A stretch of 63,916 nt of DNA, the filler included, from Lenisia limosa (Eukaryota > Protista > Breviatea), in the NCBI GenBank assembly GCA_001655205.1. It is 11 parts of 11 records of this genome, joined end to end, with 100 filler letters (N's around TTAATTAATTAA, not from the genome) between each part and the next. Parts side by side here need not be neighbours in the genome. Positions count along the whole stretch, not along the records: positions 1 to 7,518 come from LPNZ01009673.1; positions 7,619 to 12,656 come from LPNZ01010264.1; positions 12,757 to 19,143 come from LPNZ01004710.1; 8 more parts are not named here. The stretch is one strand, 5' to 3'. This document shows positions 1 through 13,189 of this stretch, one piece after another. Position numbers and translations under genes: made by a program. Under the pieces are notes generated by a model. It made no database searches, was not told the origin of the DNA, and worked only from the letters and a program-made list of their open reading frames with translations. Position 1 is the stretch's first letter; the number at the start of each line of letters is the position of its first letter.

Positions 1-16
1 CCCCCCCCCCCCCAGT

Positions 17-890
17 GAAAACCGTGTGCAACCGCTGCCGGTCCCGCGAATCCGAGGTTTACCTCCACAATGTCGACAAACTTCAGGACGCTGAGGCCAC
101 GTTTTCTCGGTTGGTTGCCTAATTTGGAAGGAATAGTTGCCTAATTTGGAAGGAATAGTCAGGGATTATTTGCCTAGTATGGAAGGCTGCCTCTATCGAA
201 CTTCAGTTGAAAAGTCGTTTTTTAACCTCTTCCCTTACTCCTCTGGATTATGTTTTCAATCTATGGGGTGCAGAGGACGGGCTTGAATTGTATCTAGGGC
301 TTCCCTACGGTCCGAAAAAGACCGGTAAAGTATCGATATTTATCGAGAATTTATCGAGAATTTATCGAGAAATTCAGACCGTATGAAAGCCCTAGTTGTA
401 TCCCCCTCTCCTTATACACTTGCCCGCTCCTATCCCTCTTACTGCTGCAGCTGTTGGGCAGAGTGCCAAAACTGTCAGTCGTCTGTTCACCAGGAGATTC
501 TCTGTCAAAGGTGGGTGGTACTATGTACAAGCATAACTTGTCAAACATAATTGTCAAACATAACTTGTCAAAGGTGGGGTGGGGATACAACACAATGTCA
601 TAAATTTTCCTTTTGTATGGAGTGATGGGATCGGTGCTGCGCCTGGGCTTTGTTTTGTTGTTTTCAACCCTTGTATGCTATTAGCCAACAGTTGATTTTT
701 AGCTTTTTTTTTGTTTCATAAATATCCCAGTTTTACCCCCCCCCCCCCNNNNNNNNNNNNNNNNNNNNNNNNNNNNNNNNNNNNNNNNNNNNNNNNNNNN
801 NNNNNNNNNNNNNNNNNNNNNNNNNNNNNNNNNNNNNNNNNNACATTGAGGATCTGGGCAAGGTCCTGGCGAGGTTCGACAAGGAGTAGA
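17..890 (+). CDS. 3' exons of an unidentified spliced gene
   Basis: AG/GT-bounded open segments KTVCNRCRSRESEVYLHNVDKLQDAEATFSR / DYLPSMEGCLYRTSVEK / LLGRVPKLSVVCSPGDSLSK / DLGKVLARFDKE*. No family recognised. Confidence 0.4.
295..394. mobile_element. hAT-like MITE family A copy
   Basis: TAGGGCTTCCCTACGG...GAAAGCCCTA termini. Flanks ATTGTATC / GTTGTATC (7/8 TSD). Internal ATTTATCGAGA triplication. Confidence 0.8.
615..748 (+). repeat. Repeated intron 3'-end element (introner-like) copy
   Basis: CCTGGGCTTTGTTTTGTTG...AACAGTTGATTTTTAGCTTTTTTTTTGTTTCATAAATATCCCAGTTTTACCCC matches copies in other genes' introns. Confidence 0.55.
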
Positions 891-1669
891 GGTTACAGGT
901 GCTTTGTGTTTTTCGAAATGTAATTTTATGGTTTTAAACGTACATGGAGGGGTTTTCGACATGTAGTTCTAGTGTAGCTTGTGGTCCATTTTTATTCGAT
1001 TTCTGGAAAATCAAAAGGTAAAACGCATCGATGGGGACCTCGGGGTACCTCAAGATCGGTTCCAGGTTCCCGCGTGACGGCTCTGGTACTTTCCCGAATA
1101 GGCGTATGGGAAATGGATGTTTAGGTTTAGTACGGGGTTGTAATGCATTGACTTGGAATTCCAATGAAAATTCCTGTAAGAGGGTCCAATGAGAAAAACC
1201 ATCACTTAGCTTTAGAAAGCAGAAAAAGGAAGAAAAAAAAACTATAAATACTGCATGCATCACAGAGGAATCGGAATTATTTTGGAAACCAGAAGAATTA
1301 TACGGAATTTCCAAATACTGCGCATGAGAATTGCGAGTCGATGCACTATGGTGATAACCCCCTTCGGTGCCAGAGCAAATTAAGAAATAATAATTATAAA
1401 ATGTCTCATAGGTGGACTAAATCATATATTTTCACATTACTGTACATACCTTACATAAACCTAGTTTAACACGTTATTTCTTTTTCAATCGGCTAAGCTA
1501 AAAAAAGTAAAACACGGAAAAGGGGGAGGGGATGATAATATATGATTCTTTTAATTCCTTAGATCCAGCCCTATCATCAATCCTTAGATCTACCGCCCTT
1601 TGTTCATCATAATCCCTAGATCTACAGCCCTTTCCTTAGATCTACACATTTTGACCCTTGATTCCACAC

Positions 1670-2601
1670 CTCTTTTTCAGACGCGGCCAGATCCTCCTCC
1701 AGCGCTGTGATATCCAAATTTGCCATTGTCAGCTAAACGGTCATAATTTGTTTATGCTATCAAGGGTTTCAATTCGAGCCGAAAAAAAGACTGAATTTCT
1801 CTATAATACTCGAATAATATCAATATAGTCGCCCAAGCCCAATGGTATCCCTATGTAGGCTGGGGAGGCACGCAGAAAGCTGCACAGAGTTGTAAGGCAA
1901 ATGATTAGGAAACCCAATATATCAACGAAGTCATGCCCAATACCACCTCCATCCACTATCCCCAATAATATGCTCCAATAATATAATACCCCCACACACA
2001 CCCCATGTATTGTGCCCCCATAATACCCCACACAGACAATATACATGTTATGTTACCTTGGGTTTACTCAGGTCCGAAAAAGACAGGTAAAATATCAATA
2101 TCTTTCGAGGATTTATCGAGAAATTCAGTCATTTTTCGAACCGAAATGAAGGCCTATGTACCCCCATTATACCCCACCCACCATATCCACGAGGACCTTG
2201 ACCTTGGCTTGGAGGGCCTTATTCTCAGCCCTCAGCTTCCGAGCCTCTTTACCGCCGCCGCTGCCACTTGCCGTACTCACCCCGTCTACGGCGTTACCCC
2301 GGTATATGTATCATCATATGTTTATTGCAAATCATATAGTTATAGAAATGATGAATAAAAAAAAAGGCCATCACGCTTATACGAGATTTATTAATACATG
2401 TAGCTATTACATACGCATCATATACTAGTCATCACCACCATCATCACAACTCGCCATTATTATCATCAAAATGGCATTTTTATTTGTGATGATAAACACC
2501 CCATGCTCACCAATATGCCACTCGTTGTCCTCGAAACAGAGCTTTGCGCCATTTAACTCGATTTCCAGCAGATCCCTGAGATCTCTCTCAATTTCGCGAG
2601 A
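1670..2601 (-). CDS. Chibby-family (CBY1-like) basal-body protein, partial, at least 3 exons
   Basis: Exons 2511-2601, 2182-2285 and 1670-1732 splice in phase to SREIERDLRDLLEIELNGAKLCFEDNEWHI-DGVSTASGSGGGKEARKLRAENKALQAKVKVLVDM-LTMANLDITALEEDL. This resembles Chibby (L.FE.G.W; LEEENNLLRLKVDILLDML). Confidence 0.6.
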
Positions 2602-2690
2602 CTTAGGCGTGAGAGGGAGTGGTGGTAATTTGTTTAAAGGAATCCCGGGGGGTTTGGAGGCAAAAAACAAAGAACGTAGAGAGCCATAAG

Positions 2691-2788
2691 TAGGGCTTCA
2701 CTTCGGTTCGAAAAAGACCAGCAAAATATCGATAGTTTTCGAAGATTTATCGACAAATTCGGTCTTTTTGAACCAAAATGAAGCCTCA
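2691..2788. mobile_element. hAT-like MITE family A, best-preserved copy
   Basis: TIRs TAGGGCTTCACTTCGGTTCGAAAAAGACC / GGTCTTTTTGAACCAAAATGAAGCCTCA. Perfect 8-bp TSD GCCATAAG at 2683-2690 and 2789-2796. Confidence 0.88.
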
Positions 2789-4159
2789 GCCATAAGTATG
2801 TGGCTATGCGAAATAAAGAGAAGTACCCATCACGTTTCTAAGGATTCACAAAAAAATAACAACAAAAAAACGCCCGTATTTCGGCTCATCTAAAAAGGTG
2901 GTAGCGCCTGTAGTTTAAAAATAAAAAGTGGTAAAAGTTGCAAGTATTCCTGCCTGACCAAGAAACCATACGGGTTATAAATTAGTTATCGATATTATTT
3001 TTCTAGAACTTGTCGAGAATTCAGTCTTTTTGGGGCTAAAGTGAAGTCCCAGAATATATATTTAAGGTTGTATCTGGCCACGCCGTCCACACCATCTATA
3101 AGAGATATTGGATTATGGTATAATATTATAAAATATTCAGAATCTCTGATACGCGTGATGTGCAGAAACACTGAAAGTGGAAGTCTTTTCCAAAATACTG
3201 TCCGATATCCCAAGAAAAATCTGTCAAGCCTATCCAGAGTCACAGTATATGTCAGCTCAGTAAAGGTTTAATCTAAAGCTGAATCATTCCACCTTCGCCC
3301 CTTTAGAAAAGGAAACAAGTATCACATGGTTCGAACAACAAAAGCTTATTAAAGGAACCCATTAAAGCAAGAGCAATATCAGGAATGGGATGAAAACACA
3401 AGAGGGGGAGTAGTACGATGATGATCATAACAACAGCAGAAAATAACGGTTAAGAAGGAGAAGCAAATGCCCCTCAAAGAAGCGCTATATCGCAAACAGT
3501 GGTTGAAGGCTGTGGAGTCTTTCGTCGACCTGCCTTGAAGAGTTTGTTTTTGGACCACTTAGTTGCCATCCTCACTGCAACTGCACAAAGGGTTAAATCC
3601 GTCCATATCAGTAATTACCTACCCAATAGAAAGTGTTGTAAAGGCTTGAAATCCAGAAAACCTTAAACAATGCCGCTTATTACTGACAATTGCCAACTCG
3701 TCTGCACCTCTGCGTCTTTTACCGGAATATTTTAGTGGTTGTAAAGCTATATAATTAATTAATTCAACAATAGGTGCAAAAATCCAACAATAAAAAAAAA
3801 ACAAAAAAAAACATTTTCAATCTGGTGACGTCATGACGTCAAAGAATTGATGTTTTCTGTTACAAATTAATATCTACTTTAGGACTACTCGAGTACCCAC
3901 ACACTTTAAAGGCTTGATTACAAAACTAAAACTTGCTTCACTGCAGAATCAACTCAGATGGCTAAGCACATTTGGAAATGAAGACAACTTTACCTCGCTT
4001 CTGCCAGGTTACATCAACCACATCACGGGACAAAAGTTATGGTCTGTCTCAAATCTGTCTAAGGAATTGCAGCGCTGTGATCAATGGTCAACATCATACA
4101 TTTAATATGCGTAAAACAACCATCATCACGACGGACGAGAAACACGACGCAATCGTGGC

Positions 4160-7100
4160 TTAAAGAAGTGACGAATAGTGCTGTAGTCTGCGGCTTGAGG
4201 CCACAAAACTGTCAAGTTGCTCCCAGAACTTCAGGACTGCGGGTCGGTCCAGGTGCCTCTTGGTTTTGGATACCTGGCGGAAGGGGTGAAAATGGACATT
4301 TATAAAACAAAAGAAAAAGCCCAAAATCAAATATTCTGAAACTCCAAGCAAACACAAAAAGAAACAAGCATTAAAAAGGGGGGGGGGGTCAAAATTATAT
4401 CATATCTATTATTTATGAACAATTAACGAAATAAAGTGAGGGGTGAAGGTCTTGGATACCTGTAGGGAGGAAAAGTGGTGAATGCAAAAANNNNNNNNNN
4501 NNNNNNNNNNNNNNNNNNNNNNNNNNNNNNNNNNNNNNNNNNNNNNNNNNNNNNNNNNNNNNNNNNNNNNNNNNNNNNNNNNNNNNNNNNNNNNNNNNNN
4601 NNNNNNNNNTCAGCTCGTCTTGTGTCAAATGGAAGGCCGCAACTACCAGGTTATTTCGAGGAATTATGAAGGTTATTGTGAGAAATTCGAGGAATTATGA
4701 AGGTTATTTTTTGAGGAAGGGTTATGAAGAAAGGTTTTTTTGAGGAATGTAGTTACCCCCCCNNNNNNNNNNNNNNNNNNNNNNNNNNNNNNNNNNNNNN
4801 NNNNNNNNNNNNNNNNNNNNNNNNNNNNNNNNNNNNNNNNNNGGGTTGCCCTTCCACGGCCAGTCCTTGAACTGCCAATCCTGCCCGATGACAAAAACGG
4901 CCACAACCCTCTTCCAATCGGAGTCAGTCAGTGACTGGGGGTGGTCGTGAGAAAATGGAAAATTTATGAAACAAAAAAGTGAGGCGACAAGAGTGATCGA
5001 AAAATTAAGTCTTTTTTGTGATCGTAGGGAAGCGCTATTCATTTTTAGAGAAATGAGAGAAAAAAAAACAAGGTTGTATCAAACCGTGCACTCCGTCACG
5101 CTTATAAGAGATAAGGATTATAGTACCTGGCCAAAACCGTCCACAGCATCATATAAGAGCTATTAAATAGAGAATTGGGAACTGGATAGAGAACTGGATA
5201 GAGAATTGAGAATTGGACAGAGAAATTGGGACGCACCTGGATACTGTCCATCACAGTGTACTCAATGGATCTCCCGTCAGTTCGTTTCCTCTTGATTCGA
5301 ACGATGGGCTTCTTCGCTTCCCCACCTGAGGGACACAGCAGAGTGAAATTGGAATGTTTCAGTTACAGAATGGTCTTGTGTTCCATGGGTGCACAAATAT
5401 ACCGCAAATTAATTTGAACTAGGAACACACAGAAAGCTCAGTTTGAATGATGTACACACATGTTTAAAATATGTTTACGTACATATCTTTTTTTTTTTTC
5501 TGTATAGTATATCATGTATATACCTATGACATAATATTTATTCGTGTAATATAGCAATGAGAAACAAAAAAAACAAGGTTGTATCTGACCGAAGCCTTCT
5601 ACAACATCACGCTTATAAAATATATTGGGTTATACGTATAATATTAATTCACCCAATCATTTGCCTACAACTCAGTGCACACAGCGTTCTGGGTGCCTCC
5701 CCAGCATTATACATAGTACGATATAGAAGCACAAAATAAACAATGGTCAACAACATATGTCCCAGTGCATGTACACATAACCACATAAAGTGGTGCACCC
5801 CCCCCCCCNNNNNNNNNNNNNNNNNNNNNNNNNNNNNNNNNNNNNNNNNNNNNNNNNNNNNNNNNNNNNNNNNNNNNNNNNNNNNNNNNNNNNNNNNNNN
5901 NNNNNNNNNNNNNNNNNNTATCGCACGTTGAACATGTTGATGGGTGAAGAGAGAGCACTCGGGACGATGATGATGGGCGACGGGACTATGGAGGGTAATG
6001 TTGGTGATGATGATGGTGATGTTGATGATGATAGTGATGTGATGATGATGATGATAATGTTGTTGCTGATGATGGTGATATTGATGGTGCTGATGGCTTC
6101 ACAAGCTAAGGCTGTACCCCCCACTCTTTGGTGCTCGGGCCTTCTTAGGCGCGGGTGCCTATGTTATCAGCTTTTATTTTAAGAGCAAAAAAAGAACACC
6201 TTATTTCAAAAACAATCTGGTGACATGTACATACAAGAAAAAGACAATCAATATCCCCGATTTATGATGGTGAGAGTCTTTTTCGTTCTCTTTTACCAAG
6301 AGTATCAAAAGCTGTTTTTCTAACCGTCGGTATGAATTGAACATAAATAAAATCAAGGAATACTCGGGAAATACTAAAATCTATAAATGGTGTGATACAA
6401 TTACCACCTCAGCCCCCCCCCCCCNNNNNNNNNNNNNNNNNNNNNNNNNNNNNNNNNNNNNNNNNNNNNNNNNNNNNNNNNNNNNNNNNNNNNNNNNNNN
6501 NNNNNNNNNNNNNCTGGGAATAAACAATCGACAATTTATGAAAGAAAAAAAAACAACTCTGTAAGCGAATCATTTGACAAATGAGGACTGAAGACAACAA
6601 ACAAAACAAAGCCAGGCCACGCTCCTGTAGCACAGTATCTTTTTTCGTCACCCCCCTCCCCCCCAGATCTATACCTTCTTCTTTGCCAGCACGGACCCTC
6701 CAGTGTCCAAATCCAGGCCGGACACTAAGCGGTAAAATTGCAATGTAATAGAGGCAACAAGGTGCATCGACTGATCACCATACACTAGGGTCACCATGCC
6801 GCTAGGGTTACACTCCGGTCTGAAAAAGACCAATAAAACATCGATAGTTTTCGAGGATTTATCGAGAAATTCAGTCTTATTTAGACCGAAGTGGAGCGCT
6901 ACATACCCCCCCTACTATGGTCTCCATACTTCCGCTCCCAGAAGTCGGACTCTGAGATTTGGTATCTGTTGTAGTTGCCGTCGTGTGTAGAGGCCCGGGC
7001 GTCCGCCTCGGCTTTTCGGATTTTGTCCAAGGTCTGGAGCACGTTCTTGAAGTCCTGAGTCGTGAAGGAAATCATTGTTAGTTTTATGACATTCCATTAA

Positions 7101-7518
7101 ATAAATGAAATTGTCATGAAACAAATTACGGGATATGAATGGAATCGTCAATTAAAAATTATGACAGGGAATTATCAAGAAACAAGTGATGATAATTTGT
7201 TTTTCATGGTCTCCATAATATTACAAATGGTACATATCATATGATATACTAATAATATTTTCTATAAAAGCTTGGCAATTAATTGCTTTGAGGAAAAATA
7301 ATTGCCAATCATGGCAAAAAATTGCAAGGTGCCTAATTAATGGTGATATTAAGGAAACGAAAAATAATACAAATATTATGAATTAATAACACATAGCACG
7401 TAGCAAAATGAGTTATGTGTTTATGAAGAAATATCGATATACAGATGTTAATATAAAGACCACCTTCGGATAATCGCCTTGGAGGGTGTTGTTTCTCGAC
7501 CGGTTCGGCTTTTCCAGT
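4160..7518 (-). CDS. CDC73: Parafibromin / Paf1-complex subunit Cdc73, C-terminal half, multi-exon with gaps
   Basis: Exons in the expected order: [22 protein letters not shown]...[94 protein letters not shown]. All match conserved CDC73 motifs. Confidence 0.92.
5551..5710 (+). repeat. Unclassified dispersed repeat family B copy
   Basis: TAGCAATGAGAAA(A)nCAAGGTTGTATCTG...TCACGCTTATA...CACAGC.TTCTG.GTGCCTCCCCAGC. Related pieces lie at ~1850(-), 3063, 5052, 32975(-), 36628, 44246, 53632 and 61775. Confidence 0.75.
5990..6095. repeat. (GAT/GGT/GTT)n simple repeat in a CDC73 intron
   Basis: Degenerate trinucleotide run that produces the spurious poly-M/D and poly-I/S ORFs. Confidence 0.8.
6803..6901. 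mobile_element. hAT-like MITE family A copy (CDC73 intron)
   Basis: TAGGGTTACACTCCGG...ACCGAAGTGGAGCGCTA. Flanks CATGCCGC / CATACCCC (6/8). Confidence 0.75.
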
Positions 7519-7618
7519 NNNNNNNNNNNNNNNNNNNNNNNNNNNNNNNNNNNNNNNNNNNNTTAATTAATTAANNNNNNNNNNNNNNNNNNNNNNNNNN
7601 NNNNNNNNNNNNNNNNNN
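7519..7618. other. Artificial scaffold-joining linker (44N-TTAATTAATTAA-44N); one of ten
   Basis: Identical six-frame-stop 12-mer inside N runs at 7563, 12701, 19188, 21862, 39850, 43605, 46658, 59316, 60729 and 62592. Confidence 0.97.
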
Positions 7619-7679
7619 AACAAGAGGGAAAACAAAAGGTGGGTGGTTGGGATAAAGGAATATAAGGTACACACCAACC

Positions 7680-10600
7680 ATAGTTGTCTGGAACTCAGCA
7701 GCAAGGAGTTTCAACGTGTCCTTCTTGGGGGCTTGGTACTGCGCATCTGGCCGCTTCTCCTTCGCCGGCTTCGACTTAGGCTTCGCCGTCTATGGGGTCA
7801 ACGGAAGGGTAGTATAAGGGGGGGGGGGGTCACAACCAACCAAAAGCAATAAAAACAAGGAGGAAATTCAAAAAGAGAGCATATCTAGATTCCGAAGTCG
7901 GCATTACAATTTCACAAGGTGATGAAAAATGAACAAGAGCGATGGGTATAACGCATACCTCAACACGCTTCTGTGTTTTCTTTGCAAGGGTGTTGGATGC
8001 TTTGTTAAGGTTCTTCACGGTATCTGACTTGATTGCGATTTCCTTGAGGTCTCGACGGATCTGGTTCAATATTACATGATGGGTATTGTAGGATAAATGA
8101 CACGATCCTGGAACAACAAACCGTTTCTGGTATCCCTATGTATTCTTATGTTTACCTGGATTTATTTTGTGTTATTCAAAAAAATAAGCTCTCAACTAGA
8201 TTAAGATGGGGGAGGGGAGGGTGGAATAGAAACCCTTCACCCACTTCCTCGCTTTGGATGAGAATGTTGTTTTCTCTCTCAATTCTTTTGGTGACAGCCC
8301 GGGCGCCCAATCCGTTCTTCGATGACATGTGACATGACTTGATCCAGTCGTTGAAGGGCTGCGGCCGCGAGGTGTCTCCTGTGGTGTGCAATTATTAACT
8401 TTATAAAACAAAAATAAAAAATCAACTCTGTTTCTAAACATTTGCGAAAAACACGAAGGTGAAAGAAGCCAGGCAAAGTCCAAGCTCTTTCGTATCCGAT
8501 CACCCCCCCCCCCCACAGACCACTCTCCTTCCGAATGCGTCTCGAGAGCGCGAGTTGGTCCGTGACGCCCATGAGACTCCGACTTGGCGGCAGCCGGTAC
8601 ACGTCCATCCAGTTGGACGACCTGGGGAAGAGTGAAATGACTTTCAAGATAGAATTTAGAGGAAATAAAACATTATTTAATAGTTATGAGCGCCGGGGGG
8701 GGGGGGNNNNNNNNNNNNNNNNNNNNNNNNNNNNNNNNNNNNNNNNNNNNNNNNNNNNNNNNNNNNNNNNNNNNNNNNNNNNNNNNNNNNNNNNNNNNNN
8801 NNNNNGAGGAGACTTGACGTATTGAAATGATTGAAACCTACAGCCCCTCACCCGTCACAGTCAATTACGCCGTCATCTTGCTGTGTAATGAGCTCGTCAA
8901 TTCGCCGCTTCGACTCACTCGGGATACCCATATTGGAAGATGTGCGGGGGAGACTGAAGGCTTGTGACAGAAGTCGATATAGTATGACAATAATCCATCA
9001 ATTTGATCATCATAAACGTGTTTGGATAAGCCGCCCACTTTGAAGTTTCCTGCGGTGCGTATGATGCCAGCTTGGCCGCTAGGGATGCAGAGAGCGGCTC
9101 TTCAATTGTGGGAATCTGAAAATGAGAATCGGTGTTTCTTGGACATTTCCTATTCTGAAGACTAAATCTGGAGCATGGCTGACTGACCCAATACGGTTTA
9201 TTAGAAAACAGATCCCTTCAACCCCTCACCAATATGTCCTTGACCTTCTGGGGGGTGCCAAGACGAGCACGGGACTATGGCAGGTTAGTTGGGATTGTTT
9301 GGGGAAAATACACCGCATAACTTTGTTCACTCGTTCGTTTTGCAGTCGCCAATTCCATATAAACTTGGAACACAAACATTATTGTATTTTTTAGATATCA
9401 TATGATACATACAGTCTATTGTACAAGGCATTGGCTTCTTTGAGGGGAACTCAATACATAATAGAAATGTCCTCATATTACCCTGTCACATAAAGATAAA
9501 TGAGCAGAGAGTATTATCATCTCCCAAAAGCCAGAATAATTTCAATGATGGTAAAACTAGAAGCTGGTAAAACAGTATTCGTTCATTGGGTATAGACTAT
9601 CATTAGAATTATGTCTTTGTCAAACTGAATCTTTATGTCCCTCCACTACTGGTCCTTGGGGTTGAGTAAAGCTTCACACTGCTCCGAAACTCGATATGAG
9701 AGAGTTGGCATAAAACAGGAGCATGCGTGAGGAATTTTTATTTGAAGAAACAGGAAAACTATTCCATAGTACATATTTTATGACACATGATTCACTTCAT
9801 TATAGCGTTTTCAACTTGAAGCCAAGACAATTTATCATAGGGTTGACTTTCCAAAAGATTTGGAGATTACGCTCTTCTTATGCTTCAGAGGAGCACGTGG
9901 GTTTTTAATCAAGCTTTTGTTTCACTACTTGTTGGCCATGCATGACTGGATAAGAGGCTCTCTTGCAAACCATTTTGAGAGAGGTGAGGGTGACGGATTG
10001 AAGCGGAGAGTCCTCGGCGGCGTCAGGGCTGTCTATTGGTTCAACTACACAGCAAATTACAAAAGTGGGCGCTCAGAAGGCGATCAAGAAACGGCGATCA
10101 TATTTTTTTTTTAATAAGCATCTTTTTGATAAAGAAAGGACACGATAGGGAGCAGAGAGAGTGATGTAGGATGGAGTGATATATGGTGACATGACAATAC
10201 TGCTACAGAAGTTGAGAACAAGCTACACCATACTATCAATCAAACAGACACAATAAGTAATAAAAGAAACAAGGGAGGGAAGTGAAAAATAAAATACAGG
10301 TTCAGTAAAGAATGGGATTCTCTGTTCATCATAGTCGTCTGCAAACCATTAATTGGCCCTGAGCTGCCGGGCAGTTGCCCTGTGCTGACTACCAGTTTCT
10401 CAAGAATTTCAGGGGACTTTGGTGGAGGAGCTGCAATAGCTTCATGACCATCACTCTCCAAGTCCTCTTGAGCCAAAATGGAATCAAACTTGTCGTCTAG
10501 GCTGTTGCTGCTTCCTATTAGGTCCGAGAGGGGAACGTCCTCGAAAGTTTCGGGTTGGGGTATTGGGGTTGTGAGGTCGGCAGAGGAGTAAGTTATGAGG

Positions 10601-12330
10601 TTTTGGGGAATGGTCTTGAGCGGCCGGTCTAAGTGGTCAGCCGTCTTTCATTTTTTTTTNNNNNNNNNNNNNNNNNNNNNNNNNNNNNNNNNNNNNNNNN
10701 NNNNNNNNNNNNNNNNNNNNNNNNNNNNNNNNNNNNNNNNNNNNNNNNNNNNNNNNNNNNNNNNNNNNNNNNNNNNNAACAACAGCAAAAAAAGAAAACT
10801 GAACCAAAAAAACCCATGACCACTGAATACAACATACCCACCCGATTTGTAACTTTGTAAGGACAAGGTGCTGGTAAGTTCTCCAACTCGAACGTTCTGT
10901 AAATTGTACGTTGTACCCTGTTGAAGTTATGAGCAAGTGCGTACCTCCAATGCACAGTCGTGTAAATAAGGAGGAATCTTACATTTATAAGGGGTATATA
11001 GAGATGTATTAGTATTAATTCACCATCCTTTGCCATGATATCATTCCTGGGACAATAAACGGTAATTGAGGCAAACGTCTTCAAAAAGTCAACGGCAACA
11101 ACTCATTTATTCTTAATAACAAGGCTACTTCAACCAAATAGTCCAAATAGTGAATCAGGGTACATAGTATATCACAAGATGTCAGTTCAAAAACGTCATC
11201 CCCTCCCCCCATTTATGAACCCGTAGATAATAGTCACCCCTCAAACGGTTTCGGTGGTATATTTTGAAGGCATATTGTGGGGTAATTCGGCGCCAAGACC
11301 GCCTGAATGCAGCACTAAATTATTAATAAAGTACTGCACATCAAGTACAAATTACTTGGGGATGAGGGGTGAGCGAGGGTAAAAATGTTCAGATATTCGA
11401 TGGCGATGCCTCACCATTTCCATCATTCAGGTTGGGAGTGGACGTGAACGAGGCAAACATCTTCGCTCTGGGCAACGAGGCAGCGCTCGCTTTGGTGAGA
11501 CCAAATTTCGGCTGAATGGGATCAGAGAATATTGATAAGAGAATGGTGATAAGAGAATACTGTTTAGAGAATGGTGTAAACGTGAGGTGCCTTCTTCTTT
11601 GGAAGAGTCCAGGTGTCTATTAACTAGGGCTTAGGTATACAAAAACAAAATATCATATATTTTACATCCATTAAAGAAAATGTGTGGAATAGTTACAATA
11701 TTAGGTGTACAAAAGTCTTAAAATAGATATTCTGCCCCGAAAAAGAACGGCAAAATGGCACCAAATCGCACGCTACCGTATGTTGAAAAAAGAATAGAAT
11801 GGTTGAATCGATACAGTCGACAATACGATATTCGCAGCAGTGTGTTTCAGCCCTTATGTACCATCGACGATTTCTCTTACGAAAGCCCAACAAACCATCG
11901 AAGTTTTGTAGTCGTTGTCGTCTGAGCTCTCACAGTCAGGCTAAACAGTTAAATGACATACCAACAGTAGATTGCGAGAATGTGATCGAAAACACAACCG
12001 TGATTCCATTAGAATTATTTTGATCTTTACATTAATCTTACAAACCCACTTCATCAGCGTCCATCTTGGCCTTATGGGCGTCGTCAGATTGCGATCTCAG
12101 AAGTTCGAAATAGGCAACATTCATCTGCTTGCCGGATGCCAATATCCTATATAGGATTATTCCTTTGAACAGAATTGATGGCTACAACGCGGGAAGTTAT
12201 CAGGTTAAGCCGTATCACGTGGCATACCCGCTATCATCATCGTCATGCTCGCCATTGCTTTTGTTGTCCGCTTTTGGCGGTGGCTGCCGACTTATTGGCA
12301 CTCTGAGGGGGACTGCAGCAGGACGCTGAC
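7680..12330 (-). CDS. Unidentified multi-exon gene (low-complexity N-terminal part, coiled/basic C-terminal part)
   Basis: More than 10 AG/GT-bounded exons, several phase-compatible (IPTIEEPLSASL.. / LPRTSSNMGIPSESKRRIDELITQQDDG / SSNWMDVYRLPPSRSL.. / GDTSRPQPFNDWIKS.. / IRRDLKEIAIKS..). No family recognised. Confidence 0.5.
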
Positions 12331-13189
12331 GGAATAGCTACAAGGTGTGGGGGTGAAATGAGCACTATATATGATATATTATATAATATATAGTCACTTA
12401 ACACAACCGCGAACACTCACATAACCGCGAACGCTTTTTGAAAAACAGGAGTTTTCGCCAGAGATGTTATATTTTTTGTGGTTTTCAACATATAACAACC
12501 CAAAACATGATTATGAAGGGCGCTTTAACTTTTTTTTTTCAAAATCTAATTTCGTAAAATAGTCTCTGAAGTTCAGTTCCTTCCCTTTTCGCCAGTTTTT
12601 TTTTTTGAAAGAAGACCCTTTTCAGACGCAAAGTTCAATAAAAAAAGTAAGCTGGGNNNNNNNNNNNNNNNNNNNNNNNNNNNNNNNNNNNNNNNNNNNN
12701 TTAATTAATTAANNNNNNNNNNNNNNNNNNNNNNNNNNNNNNNNNNNNNNNNNNNNTCACCCCTCTAGATGACTTCTATGCCGGCTGCCGAAGATGAGAA
12801 CTGTAACACAATGATGCATTCGGAGTGTGACACAAGTTTCATCTAGATTTTTCTATTAGTTGTATTATTATTATTATTATGTTTTATAGGGAGTCTTTGT
12901 ACTTGTTTATTTATGTATAACAAAGATGTCACAACTCGGGATATAGCTTCCTTTAAGTGTTTGAGATAATGTTAAGTTATTTACAATGTCTCATTGTGCA
13001 AATGTGATTGTTCAGTATTGTTCGAACATTAAGAAAAAAAACAAGAACATAATTTTTGACAAGGGATACCAAATTTTCACTTCAGAGAGACTCCATAAAC
13101 GTAGACAGAAAATTATGGGAGATGGATGAGTTGGATATTAAGGACATAATATATATAGTATATATTAATACTTAATACAAAATATAGGG

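Noticed and set aside
5747-6182. Overlapping 125/130-aa ORFs
   Set aside because: Products of a trinucleotide repeat plus an N run. Only the SPIIIVPS exon belongs to CDC73.
7643-7852. Lys-rich segment first suspected to be a histone tail
   Set aside because: No histone-fold sequence follows. It splices into the unknown 7680-12330 gene.
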